From an uncultured bacterium (lineage in GTDB: Bacteria > CAYJRR01): a DNA stretch of 39,983 nt. Location of the stretch: NCBI GenBank assembly GCA_964372275.1, contig CAYJRR010000026.1, positions 1 through 39,983 on the forward strand. The letters are read 5' to 3'. This document shows, piece after piece, positions 17,191 to 24,843 of the stretch. Each line of letters begins with the position of its first letter. The first letter of the stretch is position 1. The notes under the pieces were generated by a model, which saw nothing but the letters and a program-made list of their open reading frames with translations, made no database searches and was not told the DNA's origin. A program made the position numbers and the translations under genes.

Positions 17191-19065
17191 ATGAGCGACC
17201 TTCCGATCCAGCATTCGGCGGCCTTCCGGGCGAGACGCGCCCTCAACTGGTTCCCGCTCGGCCTGGCCTACGCCTTCCTCTACATGGGGCGCTACAACCT
17301 CACGGTCGCCAAGAACGCGCTCGGCGACCTGATGACCAAGGAGGACTTCGGATTCATCTTCCTGGTCGGCACCTGGGTCTACGGCACCGCGTTCCTGCTC
17401 AACGGACCGCTGACCGACAAGATCGGCGGACGGCGCTCGATGCTGGTGTCGCTGTTCGGCTCCGCGGCGGCGAACGCGGCGATGGGGTTCTTCCTCCACG
17501 CGATGCTGACCGGCTGCGACCCGGGGAGCGTCGACATCCGCTTCTGGATGAGCGCCCTCTACGGCGTGAACATGTACTTTCAGTCGTTCGGGGCGGTGGC
17601 GATCGTCAAGGTCAACGCCTCGTGGTTCCACGTGCGCGAGCGCGGCGGGTTCTCCGGGATCTTCGGCACGATGATCTCGTCGGGAATCTTCATGGCCTTC
17701 ACCGTGAACGGCTGGATCCTGCAGCTCCTGAAGCCGGCCGATGGAGGCCTGCTGCCGAGCTGGCACGTCTTCTTCGTCCCGGCGGCGCTCCTCGGATCGA
17801 TCTTCGTGGTGGAGTCGTTCCTCCTGCGCGATCGACCCTCGCAGGCCGGACACGCCGACTTCGACACCGGGGACGCCGACTCCGGCGCCGACGCCGGCGC
17901 GCCGGTGAGCGTCGGGTCGATCATGCGGAGGATCTTCACCAACCCGATCATCCTCACGATCGCGGCGATCGAGTTCTGCACCGGGCTCGTCCGCCAGGGA
18001 GTGATGCAGTGGTTCCCGATCTACCTGAAAGAGGTCTGGGTCCTGCCGTCGAAGCACCCGCTGGTGAACGGCGATGTCACGGGACGACTTCCGCTGTTCG
18101 TGACCGTCTTCGTCGTTGCGGTCGCGCTGTTCCTGTGGGCGCGGCGGCTCAAAGGCAGCCAGCGGCGTCTGGCGATCGTCGCCGGAGCGCTCGTCGCGCT
18201 CGCCCCCTTCTCGGTCTGGGGTTGGGGGGGGTTGCTGTTCGTCGCCGGCGTGATCGGAGGCAACGTCGCGGGGTACGTCAGCGACCTGTTCTTCCAATCG
18301 CGGCGCGCGCCGGCCGCCGGCGGCCTCGACCTGCTGCTGACGATCTGCGCCGTCGTGATGGTCTTCTCGCTCGGCGGGACGACTTCCGAGGTGGGATGGG
18401 CGGTCCCGGCGAAGGGCAAGGAGGGGCAGCCGCCACCGCCGGCGCTCCAGGTCGGCGATCGCATCGTCGAGGTGGCCGGTCGAAACGGATTCTCCAACTG
18501 GAAGGAGATCAGCGAAACGGTGCGCTGTCTCCCCGCCGCGTGCGGCCGGCCGAAGTGCCAGACCGAGATCGCCCACTGGGATCCCGACGCCTGCACCTGC
18601 AGCACGAAGGCATCGCCCGATCCCTCGATCGCCCCGTCGGACGGGACGATCGCGATGACGGTGGTTCGAGGCGGCGAGGAGATGGAGCTCACGATCCGGG
18701 ATCCGAAGGCGACGATGATGGCGGGGGACTCGCGGGCGCTGGCCGCCGGACCGCGGCTGACCCTTTCGCCCTGGGTCCTGGGGGTGCTCGGATTCCTGAT
18801 GTCGCTGTGCGTGATCGGAACGCACGGACTGCTTTCGGGCACGGCGACGATGGACTTCGGCGGACGGCGCGGCGCCGCCACCGCCGTCGGCGTCATCGAC
18901 GGGTTCGTCTACCTCGGAAGCGGCGTGCAGGCGCTGGCCCTGGGAAGTCTCACCACCAAGGACTGGAGCTACTGGCCGATCTTCCTCGTCCCCTTTTCGC
19001 TGGCCGGCTTCCTGCTCTGCCTCCCGATCTGGAACTCCAAGCCCCGAAAGGGCGGCGGGCATTAG
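17191..19065 (+). CDS. MFS transporter, organophosphate:Pi antiporter (GlpT/UhpT)-like, with an inserted PDZ-like domain
   Basis: YAFLYMGRYN (TM1 Arg), GPLTDKIGGRR motif A, WFHVRERG, LRDRPSQAG, LVRQG..WFPIYL (TM7 Arg), GYVSDLFFQSRR, GVIDGFVYLG. Insert LQVGDRIVEVAG..TVVRGGEEMELTI. Confidence 0.9.
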   Translation: MSDLPIQHSAAFRARRALNWFPLGLAYAFLYMGRYNLTVAKNALGDLMTKEDFGFIFLVGTWVYGTAFLLNGPLTDKIGGRRSMLVSLFGSAAANAAMGFFLHAMLTGCDPGSVDIRFWMSALYGVNMYFQSFGAVAIVKVNASWFHVRERGGFSGIFGTMISSGIFMAFTVNGWILQLLKPADGGLLPSWHVFFVPAALLGSIFVVESFLLRDRPSQAGHADFDTGDADSGADAGAPVSVGSIMRRIFTNPIILTIAAIEFCTGLVRQGVMQWFPIYLKEVWVLPSKHPLVNGDVTGRLPLFVTVFVVAVALFLWARRLKGSQRRLAIVAGALVALAPFSVWGWGGLLFVAGVIGGNVAGYVSDLFFQSRRAPAAGGLDLLLTICAVVMVFSLGGTTSEVGWAVPAKGKEGQPPPPALQVGDRIVEVAGRNGFSNWKEISETVRCLPAACGRPKCQTEIAHWDPDACTCSTKASPDPSIAPSDGTIAMTVVRGGEEMELTIRDPKATMMAGDSRALAAGPRLTLSPWVLGVLGFLMSLCVIGTHGLLSGTATMDFGGRRGAATAVGVIDGFVYLGSGVQALALGSLTTKDWSYWPIFLVPFSLAGFLLCLPIWNSKPRKGGGH

Positions 19066-19126
19066 TACAGCGGGCCCCCCGCCGGGTGGTGGCGGCGAAC
19101 GGGATCTGCGCTAGGATCCGCCGCCT

Positions 19127-19789
19127 ATGGCCAAGACCGCCGCGCGTCCCCTCCCCCGCTCCAAGCCCGCTCCCCGCCGCGCCCGTCCGCGGCTGACCGA
19201 GGAGCAGCTGGAGGAGATCGAGCTCCGGCGGAAGGCGATCGCCGAGAGCCAAGCGGCTCGCGATCGGGAGCGGCGGGCGGCGTGGGAGGAGCACCAGCGC
19301 GAGAGGCGCGAGGCCGAAGCGCGTGCGACCGCGCTACCGGTCGACCCCGAGTACGCCGCCGCGCTCCAGCGCGCCAAGGAACGCGCCGAGAAGGAGCGCA
19401 ACGAACTGCATCGGCGGTCGTTCGACAAGGAGCTCCGCGCCCGCTACCCCGAATCGGGCCTCGAGACCCGCTTCCGGAAGGCGCACGCCGACGTCGACAC
19501 GCGACTGCTCGGCCTCTGGGCGCGGCTGCAGGAGGCCCTCGCCGGCGCCGACGTCCTGCTTCAACGAACCGCCGCCAAGGAGATGGCCCAAGGCTGGCGC
19601 GACCGAGACGCGCGCCTCGCCGAACTGAAGGCGGCGTCGTCCCGCCATTCGAGCAAGCGCGCCGACGCCTCCGCCGTGCTCGAAAACCAGACCGCCAAAC
19701 TGAAGGAGCGGCTCGCCCTCCTGGAGAAAAGCCGCAACGCCGCCCGCAAGCCGACCCGCCGCCGAAAGCGCGCGCCCGCCAGGGATTGA
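19127..19789 (+). CDS. Hypothetical coiled-coil protein with basic termini
   Basis: E/R/A/K-rich helical ORF with GC3-biased codons that fills the gap between the MFS and HAD genes. Confidence 0.7.
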   Translation: MAKTAARPLPRSKPAPRRARPRLTEEQLEEIELRRKAIAESQAARDRERRAAWEEHQRERREAEARATALPVDPEYAAALQRAKERAEKERNELHRRSFDKELRARYPESGLETRFRKAHADVDTRLLGLWARLQEALAGADVLLQRTAAKEMAQGWRDRDARLAELKAASSRHSSKRADASAVLENQTAKLKERLALLEKSRNAARKPTRRRKRAPARD

Positions 19790-19804
19790 TTCACCGCCGT
19801 CGGA

Positions 19805-20557
19805 TCAGCGGAGAAATCCGTCGATCGCCGGCACGTCGCCCCGTAACGCTTCCGCCCCCGGAGAGTAGTCGGTCCTCACCCAGACCACCATCGCCCCCGG
19901 GAAGGCGTCCCGCAGCCGATTGACGTGCGTCGTTTCGTTGTCGAACGACGCGGCGACGTCGCCCATCGCGCGCAGGCGGGCGACGGCGATCTCCTTCCAC
20001 TGCGTGTCGGTCATCTCGAAGGTCGGCTTGAGCAGCAGCGTGCCGGGCACGAACCCGCCGTCCAGGAGGGAGCCGACCGTCCCCTCCCGCATCGCCTCGT
20101 GTCGTCCGGTGAGGTAGGCCACCGTCCCCCCTTTCGACTCGACGTCGCGCACGAAGTTGGAGGCGCCCGGAAGCGGGACGTCGTGGCGGCAGAAGGCGCT
20201 GGTGAAGAAACGGTCGCGCCAGAACGGCTTGAAGGCGCGCGTCAGAGCCTCCAGCCTGCCGTCGAGCCCGTCGAGTCTCGCGATCGACTCCGACAGGCGC
20301 CAACCGTCGATCGACTCGACCGACAGTCGCTCGACGCCGGTCAGCCCGTGGTCGCGCGCGAACGCCTCGAGGATGCGGAGCTGTCGCGGACGGTTGTCGA
20401 AGAGGGTCGAATCGAGGTCGAAGGTGACGATCGCGCCGCCGGCCGATGCCGCCTCCTCCACCCGCCTCAGGACGGCGTCGAGAATCCGCGTCTGTTCCGG
20501 ACTCCGGTGCGCGCTGCGCCAGGTCGCGGGGGGTGCGATCTCGGAGGCGGCCGCCAT
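19805..20557 (-). CDS. HAD-superfamily hydrolase (acid phosphatase/PNK-phosphatase-like)
   Basis: Motif I FDLDSTL, motif II YLTGR, LLKP, motif IV FDNE. Start uncertain (20557, 20608 or 20614). Confidence 0.85.
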   Translation of the reverse strand: MAAASEIAPPATWRSAHRSPEQTRILDAVLRRVEEAASAGGAIVTFDLDSTLFDNRPRQLRILEAFARDHGLTGVERLSVESIDGWRLSESIARLDGLDGRLEALTRAFKPFWRDRFFTSAFCRHDVPLPGASNFVRDVESKGGTVAYLTGRHEAMREGTVGSLLDGGFVPGTLLLKPTFEMTDTQWKEIAVARLRAMGDVAASFDNETTHVNRLRDAFPGAMVVWVRTDYSPGAEALRGDVPAIDGFLR

Positions 20558-20731
20558 CGGGCCCTTGTACCCGAACTCCGCTGGGGCGGCCAGTTCCCAT
20601 GGCGGCATCGGCACCTGGGCGATTTTTCCCCGAACCGCCCGGGGCGCGGTTCGGCGTCTCGGCGGACCGTTCCATCTCTTCGTGAAACAAGCGGTTTTGG
20701 GGCCGCATCGGCACGCCGAAATCGGCCGTCC

Positions 20732-20747
20732 TGGAATGGGGTGTGCA
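20732..20747 (+). promoter_or_regulatory. Possible sigma54 (-24/-12) promoter
   Basis: TGGAATGGGGTGTGCA has GG-N10-GC spacing and ends about 55 nt upstream of ATG 20803. Confidence 0.35.
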
Positions 20748-20802
20748 CTTCGAGTCGGCTTCCCCGCGGGGAGGTCCGCGAAGTGCCCTGTCAGGAGCGT
20801 CC

Positions 20803-22512
20803 ATGAGATCGGTTCGGTCCGCTTCGGTCGTGATGCTGTTCGCCGCCGGAATCCTTTCGGCCTGTGGCGATACGCGGTCGGGCGCGAGCGCCGGTCCGGA
20901 CGAGACCCCCCCCGTCCTTCGCGTCCTCGCCCCCTCGCGCGGCGCGATCGTCGCCGGAACGAGCGCCACGATCGACGTCCGCGGAACCGTCCAGGACGGA
21001 CGGGGTGTGAAACGCGTCGAGGTCAACGGCGAAGAGGCGATCGTCGAGCCCGACGGAACGTTCGCCGCGACGGTCGCAATCGATCCGGGGATGACCCTGC
21101 TGAAGACGACCGCCGAGGACCGCGCCGGAAACCTCACCGACGACACGCGCGCCGTGATCCGCGGAAACCTCGTCTCCCAGGGAACCTCGGTGTACCAGGG
21201 GATCGTGGCCCGGGTCACCGCCGACACCCTCTTCGACGTCGGGACGATCGCCGGGACGGCGATCGAGCAGATCGACCTGGGGACCGCCGCGCAGCCGTTC
21301 AACCCGGTGGTCGACGTCGGCGGCTCCTGCCTCAACGCGCGCGTCGACGTCCTCGACGCCGACGAGTGGAACGCCGATCTGTACCTCTACCCTGTCGAAG
21401 GCGGCCTCTACTACTCGCTGTGGCTCGACTGGCTCTGGGTCGACATGAACGCGACCTTCAAGGTCGCCTGCCTCGGCGGTAGCTCCGGGGTCTACCTCAC
21501 CGCCGACACCTTCGAGCTGTCGGGGGTGATCTCGCTCGACGTCGCCCCCGACGGGTCGTTCGACGCGGAGATGGCCTCGGCCTACGCGGCGTTCCAGAAC
21601 TTCAATCTCGACGTCGGCTTCATCCCGGGCTCGGTGGTCAATCTGTTCGCGCCCGGTCTCGACATGAAGGTCGCCAGCATCATCGCCTCCAAGGTGGCCG
21701 ACGTCGTCCCGACGAGGATCGAGCAGTATTTCGATTCGCTCGCGATGCAGCACACCAGCGTGATCGCCGGCCGCCAGCTTCAGATCGGATACGTCCCGAC
21801 GCGCCTCGACCTCACCTACGACGGCGCCTGGGTCGGACTCGACACCACGGCCGCGGTCTTGGGGAGCCCCGCGGGCCCCGGCTACGTCTCGACCCCGGCC
21901 GCCGTGCCGCCGATGCCGGCCGGCGAATCGCCGGAGCAGGGGATCCGGATCGCCATGGCCGACGACGTGCTGAACCAATCGCTCACCGCCTTCTGGAACA
22001 CGGGCGTGATGAACAAGAGCTACGACGTCAGTGAGCAGACCGACGGCGGGATCGGGCCGCGGGTGGAGCGGGTCGACGTATGGTGGACCCTTCCCCCGTT
22101 CGTCGTCTCCAGTCCGTCCGACCAGGACGCCAAGGTCTACATCGGCGACCTTCAGATCGACGCGGTGGAGCTCGTCGACGGCGTGGAGAAGAAGACCCGC
22201 GTCTACGGACAGGCCGTGGCCGAGGTCGACGTGATCATCACCGAGCAGAACAAGCTCCGACTGCGCGCCGGCGAGAAGACCGCCTGGTTCGACATCGTCG
22301 AGGAGGAGAGCGATCCCAATCCGATCGAGCAGGCGGCGATCGACATCCTGGGCGGGCTCGCCTTCGAGAACGTCGTCCCGTTCGTCGAGAATCTGATCGG
22401 GGAGTTCCCGATCCCGAGCCTTCCCTACGTGCAGATCACCGGCGTCGACGTGACGGCGACCTCCGGCGAGGGGGGCTATCTGGTGCTGGGCGCGACGATC
22501 GAGCCGAATTAG
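20803..22512 (+). CDS. Lipoprotein with an N-terminal Ig-like (glucodextranase-B-like) domain and a possible BPI/LBP-like body
   Basis: CAGGAG RBS, lipobox ..AAGILSA-C, DETPPVLRVLAP..VRGTVQD..VEVNG..DGTF..AEDRAGN Ig signature. Acidic beta-rich remainder containing GIVARVT and IAMADDVLNQSLTAFWNTG. Confidence 0.85.
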   Translation: MRSVRSASVVMLFAAGILSACGDTRSGASAGPDETPPVLRVLAPSRGAIVAGTSATIDVRGTVQDGRGVKRVEVNGEEAIVEPDGTFAATVAIDPGMTLLKTTAEDRAGNLTDDTRAVIRGNLVSQGTSVYQGIVARVTADTLFDVGTIAGTAIEQIDLGTAAQPFNPVVDVGGSCLNARVDVLDADEWNADLYLYPVEGGLYYSLWLDWLWVDMNATFKVACLGGSSGVYLTADTFELSGVISLDVAPDGSFDAEMASAYAAFQNFNLDVGFIPGSVVNLFAPGLDMKVASIIASKVADVVPTRIEQYFDSLAMQHTSVIAGRQLQIGYVPTRLDLTYDGAWVGLDTTAAVLGSPAGPGYVSTPAAVPPMPAGESPEQGIRIAMADDVLNQSLTAFWNTGVMNKSYDVSEQTDGGIGPRVERVDVWWTLPPFVVSSPSDQDAKVYIGDLQIDAVELVDGVEKKTRVYGQAVAEVDVIITEQNKLRLRAGEKTAWFDIVEEESDPNPIEQAAIDILGGLAFENVVPFVENLIGEFPIPSLPYVQITGVDVTATSGEGGYLVLGATIEPN

Positions 22513-22596
22513 CGACGTATCCAACTACGCGTATTCGCACGCGCGCGGTGTCAACCGTTGGGTGGCCCGACTCCGCGTGGTTCAATCAACGGTCGC

Positions 22597-24831
22597 ATGG
22601 TGGAGCTCCTGAAAAGCGAGCCCGAGGGGCCGGCCGCGGTCGACCTCAAGGACCCGTCGCTCTACCTGAACCGGGAGCTATCCTGGATCCAGTTCAATCA
22701 GCGCGTCCTCGAGCAGGCGCGCTCGCCGGAGACGCCGCTCCTGGAGCGTCTGAAGTTCCTGTCGATCAGCGGGACCAACCTCGACGAGTTTTTCATGGTC
22801 CGGGCCGCCGGTCTGATGCAGCAGGTTGCGGGGAAGATCGAGGAGCCCGGACCCGACGGGCGGACCCCGTCCGCCGCGCTGCGCGAAATCGCGCGCCAGG
22901 CGCACGAGCTGACGGCCGACCAGTATCGACTTCTCGGTGACGAGCTGACACCGGCGCTCGCCGAGGCGGGGATCCTGCTCGTGCGGCGGAACGGTTTCAC
23001 CCCGGAGGACCGACGCCAGCTCGATCCCTACTTCCACGAGCAGATCTTCCCGGTGTTGACGCCGCTGGCGGTCGACCCCGGCCATCCGTTCCCGAGCCTC
23101 CGAAACCTCACTCTCAATCTGGCGGTCCGACTCAAGCGCCGCGACCGCGCCGCGTCGCTCGGCGTGGTGCAGGTACCGAGCGTCCTGGCGCGATTCGTTC
23201 CGCTCGCCTCCCCCGCCGGGACGCGGCGGCTGGCCTTCCTGGAGGACGTGATTGCGCTGGAGGTCGACCACCTCTTCCCCGGGACCCAGATCGAGGCGGT
23301 CTGTCCGTTCCGCATCACCCGCAACTGGGAGCTGCACTTCGACGAAGAGGATGCCGACGACCTGCTGGAGATGATCGAGAAGGAGGTCCGTCGGCGCGAC
23401 CGCGGCAACGCCGTTCGGCTGGAGGTCGACGAAAGCGCGGACGACGCATTGCGCGCCGAGCTGGTGGAGGCCCTGGGGCTCGGAACCGAGAACGTCTACC
23501 CGATCGCCGGTCCGTTGAACCTCGCCGATCTGATGCGCGTCTACCACACCCACGAGGGGACGACGCCGGGGGGACGGGGGGGCCCCGAGGAGGCCCGACG
23601 GGGGGACCGTTCGACGCGGCTCAAGGACGAGGCGCTGGTCCCGGCGCTTCCGGCGGCGGTGCGCGAAGCGGAGCGGATGATCCCGCTCATCGCCCGCGGC
23701 GACCTGCTGCTGCACCATCCCTACGAGTCGTTCGATCCGGTGGTCGACTTCGTCGAGGAGGCGGCGGAGGACCCGGACGTGCTGGCGATCAAGCAGACGC
23801 TCTATCGCACCAGCGGCGGCTCCTCGATCATCAAGGCACTGGCGCGCGCCGCCGAGAACCGCAAACAGGTGACGGCGATCGTCGAGCTGAAAGCCCGCTT
23901 CGACGAGGAGAACAACATCGCCTGGGCGCGGGCGCTGGAGGAGGCCGGGGTGCACGTCGTCTACGGCCTGATCGGGCTCAAGACGCACTGCAAGATGTGT
24001 CTGGTCGTCCGGCGGGAGGCGAACGGGATCCGGCGCTACCTCCACCTCTCCACCGGCAACTACAACCCGTCGACGGCACGCCTCTACACCGACCTGTCGC
24101 TGTTCACCGCACGCTCGGAGCTGTGTCGCGACGCGTCGGCGCTGTTCAATCTCCTCACGGGAAACGCCTCCTCGGGGGAGCTCGAGCGCTTCTCGGTGGC
24201 GCCGATCGACCTGCATCGCCGGGTTCTCGAGCGGATCGGCGAGGTCGCCGATGCCGCGCGCGCCGGGAAACGGGCCGAAATCTGCGCCAAGATGAACGCG
24301 CTCGTCGACGGGGACGTGATCCGCGCCCTCTACCGCGCCTCGCAGGCGGGAGCGACGATCGAGCTGTTGGTCCGCGGGATCTGCTGCCTGCGGCCCGGGG
24401 TCCCCGGCGTCAGCGACCGGATCCGCGTTCGAAGCGTGGTCGACCGCTTCCTCGAGCACAGCCGGATCTTCCATTTCATCGCCGGCGACGCGGAACGGGT
24501 CTACCTCTCCAGCGCCGACTGGATGCCGCGTAACTTTCAACGTCGCGTCGAGGTGATGTTCCCGGTGGAGGAGCCGGCGGCGGCGCGGCGATTGGTCGAC
24601 GAGATCCTCGGGACGCTCCGGCACGAGCGGGCGCGCTCGTGGCAGCTTTGTCCCGACGGCGAATGGCGCCCGTTCCCGTCGGGCGGCGCCGCGGCGGCGG
24701 GCGGGGAAGGCGCCGGCCTCTACTCGCCGCAGGCCCGCTTTCTCGACCTCGGGCGGGAGGCGGAGCGGGCGCCTCCCAAGCTGCAACCGGTTCCATCGCT
24801 GCACGTCGTCGCGGACGGCAAGAGCGGATAA
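22597..24831 (+). CDS. ppk1: Polyphosphate kinase 1
   Basis: YLNRELSWIQFNQRVL, NLDEFFMVR, PLAVDPGHPFP, LLHHPYESF, IKQTLYRT, ELKARFDEENNI, LKTHCK, TGNYN, VRGICCL, RFLEHSR, SADWMPRNFQRRVE. Confidence 0.98.
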   Translation: MVELLKSEPEGPAAVDLKDPSLYLNRELSWIQFNQRVLEQARSPETPLLERLKFLSISGTNLDEFFMVRAAGLMQQVAGKIEEPGPDGRTPSAALREIARQAHELTADQYRLLGDELTPALAEAGILLVRRNGFTPEDRRQLDPYFHEQIFPVLTPLAVDPGHPFPSLRNLTLNLAVRLKRRDRAASLGVVQVPSVLARFVPLASPAGTRRLAFLEDVIALEVDHLFPGTQIEAVCPFRITRNWELHFDEEDADDLLEMIEKEVRRRDRGNAVRLEVDESADDALRAELVEALGLGTENVYPIAGPLNLADLMRVYHTHEGTTPGGRGGPEEARRGDRSTRLKDEALVPALPAAVREAERMIPLIARGDLLLHHPYESFDPVVDFVEEAAEDPDVLAIKQTLYRTSGGSSIIKALARAAENRKQVTAIVELKARFDEENNIAWARALEEAGVHVVYGLIGLKTHCKMCLVVRREANGIRRYLHLSTGNYNPSTARLYTDLSLFTARSELCRDASALFNLLTGNASSGELERFSVAPIDLHRRVLERIGEVADAARAGKRAEICAKMNALVDGDVIRALYRASQAGATIELLVRGICCLRPGVPGVSDRIRVRSVVDRFLEHSRIFHFIAGDAERVYLSSADWMPRNFQRRVEVMFPVEEPAAARRLVDEILGTLRHERARSWQLCPDGEWRPFPSGGAAAAGGEGAGLYSPQARFLDLGREAERAPPKLQPVPSLHVVADGKSG

Positions 24832-24843
24832 GCTAGTGCCGGC

